58,356 nt of DNA from Nanobdellota archaeon (GCA_034722435.1 JAYENX010000058.1:1-58356); one strand, 5' to 3'; counted from the first letter of the stretch, positions 8,990 to 19,530 are shown. Notes: generated from the sequence alone by a model not told the origin. Numbers and translations: made by a program.

Positions 8990-9964
8990 ATGGGAAAAGC
9001 AAGAAATCCAAGACACGGAAGCATGCAGTTTTGGCCTAGGAAAAGGTCGAAAAGAGCTTATGCTAGAGTTAGATCTTGGCCCGAAGTTAAAGAAGTTAAA
9101 GCGCTTGCTTTCGGCGGGTATAAAGTAGGCATGACTCATGTAATTGTAACAGACAATAGACCTAATGCAATAACAAAAGGGCAAGATATTAGATATCCTG
9201 TGACAATAATTGAATGTCCACCTATCAAAGTTGCTTCTATCAGATTTTATGAAAAAGTTCTTAATCGTTCTCGAGTTTTAACTGAAGTGTTTGCTGAAAA
9301 AATAGATAAAGAACTTGAAAGAAAAATAATTAAACCTAAAAAAATAAATAAAAAGATTGAAGATGTTACTAAATTTGATGATATTAGACTTCTAGTATAT
9401 ACACAACCTAAATTGACAGGTATAAAAAAGAAACCTGAAATTTTCGAAATTGCTCTAGGAGGAACAAAAGAAGAGAAACTTGCATATGCAAAAGAAAAAC
9501 TTGGCAAGGAAATTAATATTGATGAAGTTTTCAAAGAAGGTGAATTAGTGGATGCTCATGCAATTACTAAAGGTAAAGGTGTACAAGGGCCTGTTAAAAG
9601 GTTTGGTGTTGCTATTAGACATCATAAATCTGAGAAAACCAAACGTGGTCCTGGTTCCTTAGGTGGATGGAAAGGTCAAGGACATATTATGTATAGAGTG
9701 GCATTTGCAGGTAAGATGGGATTTCACTTAAGAACACACTATAATAATTGGTTATTAAAAATAAGTAATAAAGTTGAAGAAATTAATCCTAAAGGCGGAT
9801 TTATTAGATATGGTTTTGTTAAAAATCCATACATATTGATCAAAGGGTCTATTCAAGGTCCTGCAAAGAGAATCATTACTTTAACAGCACCTATGAGGTC
9901 TAACAAAAAAGTTCCTAATCAAGCACCAACAATACAATATACATCTTTGGAGTCTAAACAATGA
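8990..9964 (+). CDS. rpl3: 50S ribosomal protein uL3
   Basis: PRHGSMQFWPRKR, GYKVGMTH, KGKGVQGPVKRFG. Confidence 0.98.
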   Translation: MGKARNPRHGSMQFWPRKRSKRAYARVRSWPEVKEVKALAFGGYKVGMTHVIVTDNRPNAITKGQDIRYPVTIIECPPIKVASIRFYEKVLNRSRVLTEVFAEKIDKELERKIIKPKKINKKIEDVTKFDDIRLLVYTQPKLTGIKKKPEIFEIALGGTKEEKLAYAKEKLGKEINIDEVFKEGELVDAHAITKGKGVQGPVKRFGVAIRHHKSEKTKRGPGSLGGWKGQGHIMYRVAFAGKMGFHLRTHYNNWLLKISNKVEEINPKGGFIRYGFVKNPYILIKGSIQGPAKRIITLTAPMRSNKKVPNQAPTIQYTSLESKQ

Positions 9965-10767
9965 AAATAAAAGTATTTGATTTAGAAGGAAATAGTACAG
10001 GAGATTTAGAACTTCCTAAACAGTTTAGTGAAGATATTAATCCAGTGCTAGTAAAAAGAGCTGTCCAAGTAATACAAAGTAATGCTAGACAAAAATATGG
10101 TGCAGCAATTGAAGCAGGTAAAAGACATTCAGTTGAAATTTCAAAAAGAAGAAGAAAGTATAGAGGTTGTTACGGTCATGGGATTTCAAGAATTCCTAGA
10201 AAAATTACATCTAGAAGCGGTACCAGAATGAACTGGGAAGGTGCTTTTGCTCCTAATGCTAAAGGTGGACGAAGAGCTCACCCGCCTAAAGCTGAAAAAA
10301 AGCTTGAGAAAAAGATTAATAAAAAAGAAAATAGAAAAGCAATAAGGTCTGCTTTGACTGCTGTAATGATAAAAGAAATGGTTGAGAAAAGAGGTCATAA
10401 AGTACCGGATAATTATCCTTTTATAATTAAACAAGATTTTGAAGATCTTGAAAAAACAAAAATTGTTGAAGCTACGCTTAAGAAATTTGGCCTTGATAAA
10501 GAACTTGAAAGGACATCAAAGAAAAAAGTAAGAAGCGGGAAAGGAAAAAATAGAGGAAGAAAGTATAGAGTTAAAAAAGGACCTTTAATAGTTGTAGAAA
10601 AGGATTGTAAATTGTTAAAAGCTGCAAGGAATATACTTGGAATCGATGTTGTAAAAGTTAATCAACTTAATGCTGAACTTTTGGCTCCCGGGGCTGACAT
10701 TGGAAGGTTAACAGTGTTTACTAAAGCAGCAATTGAAAAAATGTCAAAAGATAAAATGTTTATGTGA
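9961..10767 (+). CDS. rpl4: 50S ribosomal protein uL4
   Basis: GHGISRIPR, KGGRRAHPPK, LLAPGADIGRLT. Confidence 0.98.
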   Translation: MKIKVFDLEGNSTGDLELPKQFSEDINPVLVKRAVQVIQSNARQKYGAAIEAGKRHSVEISKRRRKYRGCYGHGISRIPRKITSRSGTRMNWEGAFAPNAKGGRRAHPPKAEKKLEKKINKKENRKAIRSALTAVMIKEMVEKRGHKVPDNYPFIIKQDFEDLEKTKIVEATLKKFGLDKELERTSKKKVRSGKGKNRGRKYRVKKGPLIVVEKDCKLLKAARNILGIDVVKVNQLNAELLAPGADIGRLTVFTKAAIEKMSKDKMFM

Positions 10768-10773
10768 TTTAAA

Positions 10774-11034
10774 ATGGATATTTACAAAGTTATCAAATAC
10801 CCGCTCTCTACAGAGAAAACTATAAGGTTAATGGAAGCGGAAAATAAATTAATATTTGTAGTCGATATGAAAGCTAATAAAATTGATGTTAAAAAGGCAG
10901 TAGAAAAAATGTTTAAAGTAAAAGTTACAAAAGTTAATACTTATGTAAGTTATAAAGGTTTAAAGAAAGCGTATGTTAAGTTAGCATTTGATACGCCGGC
11001 TATAGATATTGCAACTCAAATGGGATTAATGTAA
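10774..11034 (+). CDS. rpl23: 50S ribosomal protein uL23
   Basis: IKYPLSTEK...KKAYVKL; operon position. Confidence 0.97.
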   Translation: MDIYKVIKYPLSTEKTIRLMEAENKLIFVVDMKANKIDVKKAVEKMFKVKVTKVNTYVSYKGLKKAYVKLAFDTPAIDIATQMGLM

Positions 11035-11044
11035 GTGAATTAAA

Positions 11045-11761
11045 ATGGGTAAACGATTAATACAACAGGCAAGAGGAAAGGGCGGACCTAGATATAGAGC
11101 TCCTAGTTTTAAGTATAAAGGTATGGCTGTAAATAAAAAACTTAAGCCTGGAGTTTTCAAAGGAGAAATATTAGACTTTGTAAAATGTAGAGGACATAGT
11201 ACTCCGCTTGCAGCTATCAGATATGAAGATGGTGAAACATTATACATGTTAGGTGTTGAAGGTTTAAAAGTTGGAGAATTTATAGAAACTGGTGAAGGTA
11301 TTGCAGTTAGATCGGGTAATACTTTAGCATTAAAAGATATCCCTGAAGGTGCATTAATTAATAATATTGAACAAAACCCTGGAGATGGTGGTAAGTTTGT
11401 AAGGGCTTCAGGTACTTTTGCAAAAGTAGTCACTAAAATGGCAGACAAAATAATTGTGATTTTGCCTTCAAAAAAACAAAAAATCTTTAAGCCTAATTGT
11501 AGAGCTACAATAGGTGTCCTTGCGGGGGGTGGAAGACCTGAGAAACCATTCCTTAAAGCAGGAGCTAAATATTATAAAATGAAATCGAAGAATAAGTTAT
11601 GGCCTCACGTTTGTGGTCAGAGTATGAATGCTGTAGATCATCCTCACGGTGGTAGTAGAAGTTCAAAAAAGAATTATCCTTATACAGTATCAAGAAATGC
11701 ACCTCCTGGAGCAAAAGTTGGTTCAATAGCTGCAAAGAGATCAGGAAGAAAGAAAAAATAA
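11045..11761 (+). CDS. rpl2: 50S ribosomal protein uL2
   Basis: MGKRLIQQARGKG, MNAVDHPHGG. Confidence 0.98.
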   Translation: MGKRLIQQARGKGGPRYRAPSFKYKGMAVNKKLKPGVFKGEILDFVKCRGHSTPLAAIRYEDGETLYMLGVEGLKVGEFIETGEGIAVRSGNTLALKDIPEGALINNIEQNPGDGGKFVRASGTFAKVVTKMADKIIVILPSKKQKIFKPNCRATIGVLAGGGRPEKPFLKAGAKYYKMKSKNKLWPHVCGQSMNAVDHPHGGSRSSKKNYPYTVSRNAPPGAKVGSIAAKRSGRKKK

Positions 11762-11775
11762 ATGTGTGATTAATA

Positions 11776-12159
11776 ATGGCTAAAAAAGAATTCAGATTCA
11801 AAGGAAAAACATTAGAAGAATTAAAAGCTCTCAGTATAAAAGAGTTCAGCGAAATAGTGGAAGCTAGAATTCGTAGAAATCTTAAAAGAGGGTTAACTGA
11901 TCAACAAAAAATAGTACTTAAAAAAATTAAAGATAAAAAGAAAAATATCAAAACACATTGTAGAGATATGGTAATAATACCTGAAATGGTGGGTGAAACT
12001 ATTCACATCCATAGTGGAAAAGCCTTTATTCCTGTACTCATACAAGGTGAAATGTTAGGACATTATTTGGGTGAATTCGCTCTTACAAGAAGAAGAGTAG
12101 GACATAATGCTCCAGGTATAGGTGCTACAAAATCAAGTTCAAGTATGTCAGTGAGATAA
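11776..12159 (+). CDS. rps19: 30S ribosomal protein uS19
   Basis: KTHCRDMVIIPEMVG, GHYLGEFALTR. Confidence 0.98.
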   Translation: MAKKEFRFKGKTLEELKALSIKEFSEIVEARIRRNLKRGLTDQQKIVLKKIKDKKKNIKTHCRDMVIIPEMVGETIHIHSGKAFIPVLIQGEMLGHYLGEFALTRRRVGHNAPGIGATKSSSSMSVR

Positions 12160-12166
12160 AAATAAA

Positions 12167-12691
12167 ATGCCAGACTATAAATATTCATTTCAAGGATTCG
12201 ATGCAGAGCACATGGCTAGATGCGTAGGTAAAGATTTACCAATTTCAACAAAGCATTCAATTGAAATCTGCAAATTTTTGAAAGGTAAAAGTTTAGAGAA
12301 AGCAAAATATTTACTTGTAGAAATATCTGAAAAGAAACAAGCTTTGAAATTTACACGGTTCAATAAAGGTGTCGGACACAAACCAGGAATAGGTCCTGGG
12401 AGGTATCCTGTAAAGGCATGTAAAGCAATTCATCATTTACTTGGAAGTGTTGAAGGTAATGCAGTCTATAAAGGAATGGATGGCGACAACTTAATAATTA
12501 AACATATTGCATGTCATCAAGCTTCAAGACCTATGAAACAAAGCAGACGAACTCGAGGGGAATCTAAGAGAACTCATGTAGAAATAGTGGTTGAAGAAAG
12601 CGTAACTAAAAAACCAAAAGAACAAGATAAGAAAAATAAAACTGAAAATAAAAAAGTTAAGAGTGAAACAAAATCAGAGGATAAAAAATGA
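12167..12691 (+). CDS. rpl22: 50S ribosomal protein uL22
   Basis: ISTKHSIEIC, GRYPVKA, HVEIVV; charged C-terminal tail. Confidence 0.97.
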   Translation: MPDYKYSFQGFDAEHMARCVGKDLPISTKHSIEICKFLKGKSLEKAKYLLVEISEKKQALKFTRFNKGVGHKPGIGPGRYPVKACKAIHHLLGSVEGNAVYKGMDGDNLIIKHIACHQASRPMKQSRRTRGESKRTHVEIVVEESVTKKPKEQDKKNKTENKKVKSETKSEDKK

Positions 12692-13485
12692 TTGAGAGAA
12701 AGTTTATTGCACAAAATATCAAAGAATATCAAATTCAAGAATATATCACAAATAGTTTGAAAAATGTGGGTCACAGCCACACTAAAATGAGAAGAACTCC
12801 TCTAGGTGAAAAGATTGTAATTTATGCATCCAGACCCGGACTTATAGTTGGAAGGAAAGGTGCTAATATTAAAAAATTAACTATTGATCTTAAAAAAGTA
12901 TTCGGATTAGAAAATCCCCAGATTGAAATTTCAGAAGTTGAGAATATGAATCTAGATGCACAAATTGTTGCTGAAAGAATCGCTAACTCTCTTGAAAGAT
13001 TTGGTTCAGCAAGGTTTAAAGGTGTTGGACACAAAGTTATGTCAGATGTAATGAAATCCGGAGCTAAAGGCGTAGAAATTTTAATATCAGGAAAAATTCC
13101 TAGTTCCCGTGCTAAAAAATGGAGATTTTATCAAGGTTATCTTAAGAAAAGTGGAGATGTTGCAGTTACCGGTGTTGACGTTGCTTATGCTAATGCTGAA
13201 CTTAAAACAGGCACGGTAGGTATCCAAGTCAGCATCATGCCTCCAGGTCTCATACTACCTGATCATATTGAATTAATTGAAGAACCTCTAGAAGTTATTG
13301 AAGAGGTTAAAGAAGAAGTAGTTAAAAAAGTTCGAAAAAAAAGAACTACTAAGAAGGCTAAAAAAGAATCAGTTAAAGAGACTTCAAAAGAAGAAATAGT
13401 AAAAGAGGAGTCTGTTGATGAAAGTAAAAAAGTTGAAGAGGAAAAAGAAGTTCCTGCAAAAGAAAAAGAGGTAAGTGAAGAATGA
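12688..13485 (+). CDS. rps3: 30S ribosomal protein uS3
   Basis: RPGLIVGRKG, GVEILISGK; K/E-rich C-terminal tail. Confidence 0.98.
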   Translation: MIERKFIAQNIKEYQIQEYITNSLKNVGHSHTKMRRTPLGEKIVIYASRPGLIVGRKGANIKKLTIDLKKVFGLENPQIEISEVENMNLDAQIVAERIANSLERFGSARFKGVGHKVMSDVMKSGAKGVEILISGKIPSSRAKKWRFYQGYLKKSGDVAVTGVDVAYANAELKTGTVGIQVSIMPPGLILPDHIELIEEPLEVIEEVKEEVVKKVRKKRTTKKAKKESVKETSKEEIVKEESVDESKKVEEEKEVPAKEKEVSEE

Positions 13486-13709
13486 GTATGCCTAAAATGA
13501 AGGAACTTGCATCAATGACTAAAGTTGATTTACTAAATAAGATGGAAGACCTTCATAAAGAGTTGATTAAAGAAAATGCACAAGTTGCTACAGGAACGGT
13601 AGCGAAAAATCCTGGTCAAATAAAAGCAATGAAAAAAACTATTGCGAGAATAAAAACAATTTTGAATAATAATAATAATAATAATTTAAAAAAAAATGAG
13701 GAGGCCTAA
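13482..13709 (+). CDS. rpl29: 50S ribosomal protein uL29
   Basis: NPGQIKAMKKTIARIKT; position after uS3; poly-Asn tail. Confidence 0.95.
   Translation: MSMPKMKELASMTKVDLLNKMEDLHKELIKENAQVATGTVAKNPGQIKAMKKTIARIKTILNNNNNNNLKKNEEA
13665..13685 (+). repeat. (AAT)7 in-frame microsatellite in uL29
   Basis: Seven AAT units encode N7. Confidence 0.9.
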
Positions 13710-14029
13710 TGTCCGAAGTTTGTACACAATGTGGATTACCTAAAGAACTTTGTGTTTGTGAAACTATTGCAAAAGAGAGTCAAACAATCAAAGTATATAC
13801 AATCAAGAAAAAATTTGGGAAGAAATATACTGAAATTGAAGGTATAGACCAAAAAGAAATTGATTTGAAAGACTTGGTTAAGAAACTCAAAAGCAAATTT
13901 GCATGTGGTGGAACTGTCAAAGAAGGCAAACTTGAACTTCAAGGTGATCACAAATTGCAAGTTAAAAAGATCCTGGTTCAAATGGGTTTTGCTCCAGAAA
14001 CAATAGAAATTAAACAAAATAGACGATGA
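13709..14029 (+). CDS. sui1: Translation initiation factor aIF1/SUI1
   Basis: CTQCGLPKELCVC, LKSKFACGGTVK...IELQGDH-like motif. Confidence 0.97.
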   Translation: MSEVCTQCGLPKELCVCETIAKESQTIKVYTIKKKFGKKYTEIEGIDQKEIDLKDLVKKLKSKFACGGTVKEGKLELQGDHKLQVKKILVQMGFAPETIEIKQNRR

Positions 14030-14283
14030 TTAAAAATATCCTGAAGCACGAGCTGATTGGTTTGGGTGCAAAGGTTATTGGATCAACAAATAAAGCCGAT
14101 ATCGGCATCAAAGGAATAATTATTGATGAAACAAAAAACACAATCACAATACTCGAAAAAGACGAAAAAAAGAAATTAATTAAAAAAAATATAATACTTG
14201 AAATTGAATACGAAGGGAAAAAAATACATGTTGAAGGGAAATTAATTGCAAAAAGACCCGAAGACAGGATAAAGGCAAAATAA
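14026..14283 (+). CDS. rnp1: Ribonuclease P protein component 1 (Rpp29/Pop4)
   Basis: HELIGL, GIIIDETKNT, RPEDRIK; conserved operon position. Confidence 0.95.
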   Translation: MIKNILKHELIGLGAKVIGSTNKADIGIKGIIIDETKNTITILEKDEKKKLIKKNIILEIEYEGKKIHVEGKLIAKRPEDRIKAK

Positions 14284-14284
14284 A

Positions 14285-14737
14285 ATGAAAAAGAACAAAA
14301 ACATAGGAATTAAGGTTAAGTCTCCGGACAAGACATGTGAAGATCAGTTTTGTCCATTTCATGGAAATTTAAAAGTCCGTGGACAGATGTTCGTAGCTAC
14401 TGTAGTATCAAATAAAATGCAGAACAGTGCAGTTGTTCAATGGGTAAATACTTTGCACCTTCCTAAATATGAAAGAAACATCAAAAGAAAATCTAAAATT
14501 AGCGTTCATAATCCGGGATGTATAGACGTGAAAGAGGGTGATCAGGTAAAAATAATCCAGTGTAGACCCTTGAGTAAAACTAAAAATTTTGTAATAATTG
14601 AAAAGCTCGGAAAGGATAAAGATTTTGTATCTAAAGATGAGTTATATGAAGTTGAAGAAAGGAAAGAGATGGAACGAAAAAAGAATAGAGAAGCTGAAAA
14701 AGAGTCTTCCGAAATTGTAGAAGGTGAACAGGAATGA
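14285..14737 (+). CDS. rps17: 30S ribosomal protein uS17
   Basis: CPFHGNLKVRG, CRPLSKTKNF. Confidence 0.98.
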   Translation: MKKNKNIGIKVKSPDKTCEDQFCPFHGNLKVRGQMFVATVVSNKMQNSAVVQWVNTLHLPKYERNIKRKSKISVHNPGCIDVKEGDQVKIIQCRPLSKTKNFVIIEKLGKDKDFVSKDELYEVEERKEMERKKNREAEKESSEIVEGEQE

Positions 14738-15135
14738 AAGCTATTAGATCCAAAATAGCAAGAGCACTTCCATTTGGAGCGCACATTCCTACTTGTGATA
14801 ATTCAGGAGCTAAATTAATCAAACTATTCGGAGTTAAAAAAATAAAAACAGTAAAGGGGAGATACCCTGCAGCAGGAGTTGGAGATTTAATAGTGGCTGC
14901 AGTTGTAAAAGGTAAACCTGAAATGAAAAAACAAGTAGTGTTCGCAGTTATAGTGAGACAAAAGAAAGAATATAGGAGAGCTGACGGTACAAGAATCTGT
15001 TTCGAAGATAATGCTGCAGTAGTCCTTAAAGACGAGAAAGGAAATCCTAAAGGGACTATCTTCAAAGGTCCAATTGCTAAAGAAGTTACAGAAAGATGGC
15101 CTGCAATTGCAAAAGTTGCAAGTATCATAGTATAG
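14734..15135 (+). CDS. rpl14: 50S ribosomal protein uL14
   Basis: CDNSGAK, FEDNAAV, KGPIAKE. Confidence 0.98.
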   Translation: MKAIRSKIARALPFGAHIPTCDNSGAKLIKLFGVKKIKTVKGRYPAAGVGDLIVAAVVKGKPEMKKQVVFAVIVRQKKEYRRADGTRICFEDNAAVVLKDEKGNPKGTIFKGPIAKEVTERWPAIAKVASIIV

Positions 15136-15144
15136 GTGTAAAAA

Positions 15145-15525
15145 ATGAAGAAAGAATTTTCAAGTGAATGGAAAAGTAGCAAAAAACCTAGTAAGCAAAG
15201 GAAGTATAGAGCTAAAGCGCCACTGCACTTGAAAACTGAATTTTTGAGTAGTCACCTTTCAAAAGACTTAAAAAAGAAATATGGAAGAAGAAATGTTACA
15301 ATTAGAAAAAATGATAAAGTTAAGATTTTACGTGGACAATTCAAAGGAAAAGTTGGTAAGATAGAAAGAGTAGATAGAAAAAATGAAAAAATCTATATTG
15401 CCGGAGTAGAGATGACCAAAAAAGATGGAGGGAAATCTTTTTATCCAATCCATCCTTCAAATTTACTAATCACTGAATTACATTTAGAAGATAGAAAACG
15501 AATTAAAAGTCTAGAGAGGAAATAG
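15145..15525 (+). CDS. rpl24: 50S ribosomal protein uL24
   Basis: PSKQRKY, LRGQFKG, IHPSNLLI. Confidence 0.98.
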   Translation: MKKEFSSEWKSSKKPSKQRKYRAKAPLHLKTEFLSSHLSKDLKKKYGRRNVTIRKNDKVKILRGQFKGKVGKIERVDRKNEKIYIAGVEMTKKDGGKSFYPIHPSNLLITELHLEDRKRIKSLERK

Positions 15526-15529
15526 TAAA

Positions 15530-16219
15530 ATGCCAAAGAAACATCTTAAAAGAATTGCGGCGCCAAGAACTTGGCCAATAAAAAGGAAAGGTATTAAATT
15601 TGTAGCAAGACCTTTACCAGGAAAACATAAGTTAAATCTAGGCATGCCTATAAATGTCGTGTTCAGCGAGATATTAAAAATAACTAAAACTACTAAAGAA
15701 ACTGAAAAAATTCTTTATCATAAAGAAATTCTTGTAGATGGTAGAAAAATAAAAGATAAAAAAGCCTTAGTTGGTCTTATGGATGTAATATCTATTCCAT
15801 TAACCAAAGAATATTATAGATTAATTATTAATGAACATGGTTGGATATCTTCAACACCAATTGATGTTAAAGAATCTAAACTTAAAATATGTAAGATAAT
15901 GGGAAAAAGAAAAGTTAAAGGAAAGATACAATTCAATCTTGATGACGGAAGAAATATCTTATCCGAAGAGAATGCTTACAAAGTAGGCGATTCTTTGTTG
16001 ATAACTTTACCTGAACAAAAAATTGAAGCACATCTTAAATTTGAGAAAGGGGCTGCAGTTTACATGATTGCTGGAAAGCGTATAGGTACACTGGGTACAA
16101 TATCTGAAATAAAAGAAAAATCATTATTGTGTAAAAATTCAGAAGATGAACAATTCGAGACAGTTAAAAATCATGTTTTGATTGTAGGTAAAGATAAGCC
16201 AGTTATTAAAGTAAAATGA
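15530..16219 (+). CDS. rps4e: 30S ribosomal protein eS4
   Basis: HLKRIAAPRTWPIKRK, GLMDVISI. Confidence 0.98.
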   Translation: MPKKHLKRIAAPRTWPIKRKGIKFVARPLPGKHKLNLGMPINVVFSEILKITKTTKETEKILYHKEILVDGRKIKDKKALVGLMDVISIPLTKEYYRLIINEHGWISSTPIDVKESKLKICKIMGKRKVKGKIQFNLDDGRNILSEENAYKVGDSLLITLPEQKIEAHLKFEKGAAVYMIAGKRIGTLGTISEIKEKSLLCKNSEDEQFETVKNHVLIVGKDKPVIKVK

Positions 16220-16737
16220 ATGTAATGAAAGAAATCAGGATAGAGAAAGTTACCCTAAATATAGGTGCGGGTAAAGATGCTAAGAAATTAGAAAAAGGCG
16301 TTAAGTTAATGAAAAATATAACAGGAATAGAACCTATTAAGACTGTTACTAGTAAAAGGATTCCTGGTTGGGGTTTAAGACCTGGACTTCCTATTGGTTG
16401 TAAATTGACCCTTAGAAAAGGTAAAGCCAAAAGTATTTTATCGAGATTACTTGAAGCAAAAAGTTTTGTACTTAGTCAAAAACAATTTGATCAGAATGGT
16501 AATGTTGCGTTTGGAGTACACGAATATATTGATATAAAAGATGCTAAATATGATCCTGATATAGGTATAATGGGATTAGAAGTTTGTGTTACATTAGAAA
16601 GACCTGGTTATAGAATTAAGAAAAGAAGAAATTTAAAATCAAAGATTGGGCAGAGTCATAGAATTACTCAAGAAGAAGCTATCGAATTCATGAAAAAGGA
16701 GTTCGGTGTCAAAATGGAGGAAGAAGATGACGTATAG
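16216..16737 (+). CDS. rpl5: 50S ribosomal protein uL5
   Basis: [26 protein letters not shown]. Confidence 0.98.
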   Translation: MNVMKEIRIEKVTLNIGAGKDAKKLEKGVKLMKNITGIEPIKTVTSKRIPGWGLRPGLPIGCKLTLRKGKAKSILSRLLEAKSFVLSQKQFDQNGNVAFGVHEYIDIKDAKYDPDIGIMGLEVCVTLERPGYRIKKRRNLKSKIGQSHRITQEEAIEFMKKEFGVKMEEEDDV

Positions 16738-16957
16738 TAATTATGATAAAGTTTTCAAGCAATTAAAGGTTAAACCTGTAAAATTGCAAAAATATATCAA
16801 ACATAATGCGCCTAAAGAACGAAATAGTGGTGCAGCTAAGAAAAAATGTAAAAGATGTGGCAGGCCTAGAGCACATATTGAAAAATATGGCATTAATTTA
16901 TGTAGGCAATGTTTCAGAGAAGTTGCTACAAAAATTGGTTTTAAAAAATTTAGTTAA
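16727..16957 (+). CDS. rps14: 30S ribosomal protein uS14 (zinc type, N-terminally extended)
   Basis: CKRCGR...LCRQCFRE; GGAGG ribosome-binding site at 16716-16720 before ATG 16727. Confidence 0.96.
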   Translation: MTYSNYDKVFKQLKVKPVKLQKYIKHNAPKERNSGAAKKKCKRCGRPRAHIEKYGINLCRQCFREVATKIGFKKFS

Positions 16958-16969
16958 GGTGAAAAAGAA

Positions 16970-17362
16970 ATGTCATTAAACGATCCATTGGCGAACGCGT
17001 TATCAAAAATAATAAACGCTGAAAGAGTAGGTAAAGTCTCTTGTAAGATTAAACCAGTCTCTAAAGTAATTAAGAAAATACTTACAATACTTCAAGATAA
17101 AATGTTTATCGGAGAGTTTAAAGAATTTGAAGACGGTAAAGGTAATTTTATAGAAATAAATCTTTTAGGAAAAATTAATGGTTGTGGTGCAATCAAACCA
17201 AGATATCCAATTAAATTATCAGATTATGAAAAATTTGAAAAGAGATATCTTCCTGCTAAAGATTTCGGAGTTATTTTAATTTCCACACCTAAAGGTATTA
17301 TGACACATAGTGAAGCGAAAGAAAAAGGTATAGGTGGAAGATTATTAGCTTACGTTTATTAA
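16970..17362 (+). CDS. rps8: 30S ribosomal protein uS8
   Basis: [30 protein letters not shown]. Confidence 0.98.
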   Translation: MSLNDPLANALSKIINAERVGKVSCKIKPVSKVIKKILTILQDKMFIGEFKEFEDGKGNFIEINLLGKINGCGAIKPRYPIKLSDYEKFEKRYLPAKDFGVILISTPKGIMTHSEAKEKGIGGRLLAYVY

Positions 17363-17363
17363 A

Positions 17364-17909
17364 ATGAGAATGATTAATTATGTTGAGGAAGTTGAAGTTC
17401 CTGAGGGAATTGAAATAAAATTAGATGGAAATATAATTACTTTGAAAGCTGAGAAAGGAGAGTTATCTCGAGATTTCAAAAATCCTAAGATTGACTTAGA
17501 AATTAAAGATAATAAAGTGCTGTTCAAAGTAAAAAAGGCAAGCAAGAGAGAGAAAACAATGGTTGGAACTTTCAAAGCGCACATTAAAAATATGTTTAAA
17601 GGTGTAAGAGAAGGACATTTTTATAAATTAAAAATTTGTTCCGGACACTTCCCAATGAATGTTGCAATAAATAATAACAAATTTTCAGTTAAGAATTTTT
17701 TAGGAGAAAAAACTCCTCGTACAGTAATAATACGTGAAGGTGTTGATGTTAAAATCGATGGTGAGTTTATAGAAGTTAAAAGTATAAACAAGGAATTAGC
17801 AGGGCAAACTGCGGCTAATTTCGAACAACTTACACGAATTACTGATAGAGATATTAATAAATTCCAAGATGGAATATATATAATTAATAAGGATGGTAAA
17901 GATATATGA
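17364..17909 (+). CDS. rpl6: 50S ribosomal protein uL6
   Basis: HFPMNV, NFLGEK, FQDGIYI. Confidence 0.98.
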   Translation: MRMINYVEEVEVPEGIEIKLDGNIITLKAEKGELSRDFKNPKIDLEIKDNKVLFKVKKASKREKTMVGTFKAHIKNMFKGVREGHFYKLKICSGHFPMNVAINNNKFSVKNFLGEKTPRTVIIREGVDVKIDGEFIEVKSINKELAGQTAANFEQLTRITDRDINKFQDGIYIINKDGKDI

Positions 17910-18511
17910 GCGAAAAATTAGAATTAAGAAAGAGAATCAAGTCAAAAAAACCTAATTTCATAAGGCAAGACGCTCATAAAAAGGTTAAACTCGGTCAAAA
18001 ATGGAGAAAGGCCAGAGGAAGCGATAATAAAGTTAGAATTGGTTTTAAGAGTTATAGAAAAAAAGTGAATATAGGTTATGGTTCACCAAGAGAAGTTAAA
18101 GACTTGGATGCTTCTGGTTTAATGCCTGTAGTTATATGTAATAAGGGAGATTTATCAAAAGTTCAAGAAAAAAATGGCATTGTATTTAGTAGTAACTTAG
18201 GTATGAAAAAGAGGATTGATCTCGTAAAAAAAGCTCTTGAACTTAAGTTGAATGTTTTAAATATTAAAGATCCTGAAAATTTTATTAAAAGTCATGAAGA
18301 AAAAATTGCTAAGAAAAAAGAAAAAAAGGTCAAGTCATTGAAAAAGAAGGAAGAGAAAAAGAAAGATCTTGAAAAAAAGGCAAAAGAACAATCTGAAGAT
18401 AAAGAGAAAAATGAAGGTAAGTTAAATGACGAAGAACTTGCAGAGAAAATTAAGTTAGAAGAAACAAAAAATCGTAAAGATAAAGAAAAAATCCTGAGGA
18501 CTAAAAAATGA
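17906..18511 (+). CDS. rpl32e: 50S ribosomal protein eL32 with long K/E tail
   Basis: KPNFIRQD, WRKARG, IGYGSP. Confidence 0.96.
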   Translation: MSEKLELRKRIKSKKPNFIRQDAHKKVKLGQKWRKARGSDNKVRIGFKSYRKKVNIGYGSPREVKDLDASGLMPVVICNKGDLSKVQEKNGIVFSSNLGMKKRIDLVKKALELKLNVLNIKDPENFIKSHEEKIAKKKEKKVKSLKKKEEKKKDLEKKAKEQSEDKEKNEGKLNDEELAEKIKLEETKNRKDKEKILRTKK

Positions 18512-18963
18512 AATTAAAAATTCAAAAAAGACTAGGAGGACAGATTTTTAAATGTTCTAAGAAAAAAATAGTCTTTGATCCTGAGAGATTAGAAGATATT
18601 AAAGAAGCAATCACTAAAGCTGATATTAAAACATTAATTATTGATAATGCAATAAGTAGAAAACCTACAAAAGGAATCTCCAGATTTAGGGCTAAAAAAA
18701 AAGCTTTACAAAAGAAAAAAGGTAAAAGACGTGGTCCGGGTTCCAGAAAAGGTAAAAAGACTGCCAGATTACCTAAAAAAGTTGCTTGGATGAATAAAAT
18801 CAGAGCATTAAGAGGTCTATTAAAAGATCTTAAAGGAAGGGATAGGATTGAACCTAAAACTTATAGAGAGCTTTATGGTAAAGCTAAAGGTGGATTTTTT
18901 AGAAACCTAAGGCACATGAAACTTTATATCAAAGAACACGAAATGATGAAGACGAAAAAATGA
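18508..18963 (+). CDS. rpl19e: 50S ribosomal protein eL19
   Basis: GPGSRKGKKTAR, WMNKIRALR, LYGKAKGG. Confidence 0.98.
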   Translation: MKLKIQKRLGGQIFKCSKKKIVFDPERLEDIKEAITKADIKTLIIDNAISRKPTKGISRFRAKKKALQKKKGKRRGPGSRKGKKTARLPKKVAWMNKIRALRGLLKDLKGRDRIEPKTYRELYGKAKGGFFRNLRHMKLYIKEHEMMKTKK

Positions 18964-19529
18964 AAAAAACAAGAACTATACCATTCAGAAGGAAAAGAGA
19001 AGGCAAAACTAATTATAAAAGTAGAATTAGATTACTTTTATCAAAAAAGCCTAGACTTGTAATAAGAAAAACATTAAAAAATATTACTGCACAGATTATT
19101 GAGTTTGATCCTAAAGGGGATAGAATTTTAGCTGCCGCGAGTTCAAAAGAATTAAGAAAAAAAGGTTGGAAAGTTCATGGTGGTAATCTTGTTACAGGGT
19201 ATTTAGTAGGATTATCTCTTGCAAATAAAATTAAAGGCAAAGTTGGGGATTTAGTTCTTGATTTAGGACTTCAAACAGCTGCAAAAGGGTGTAATTTATA
19301 TGGAGTTTTAAAAGGAGTTATTGATGGGGGATTAAAAGTTCCACATTCACCAGATATTCTTCCTGATGAAAATAGAGTAAAAGGTAAACATATTGCTGAA
19401 TATGCTAAAAAGATTAAAGAAGATAAGGCTAAATATGAAAAACAATTTTCTCAAATGATTAAAGAAGGTATTGACCCTGAAAAAATCGAAACTTATTTTG
19501 AAGATATGAAAAAGAACGTAGGTGCTTAA
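18960..19529 (+). CDS. rpl18: 50S ribosomal protein uL18
   Basis: RRKREGKTNY, PRLVIRKT, GLKVPHS. Confidence 0.98.
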   Translation: MKKTRTIPFRRKREGKTNYKSRIRLLLSKKPRLVIRKTLKNITAQIIEFDPKGDRILAAASSKELRKKGWKVHGGNLVTGYLVGLSLANKIKGKVGDLVLDLGLQTAAKGCNLYGVLKGVIDGGLKVPHSPDILPDENRVKGKHIAEYAKKIKEDKAKYEKQFSQMIKEGIDPEKIETYFEDMKKNVGA

Positions 19530-19530
19530 A

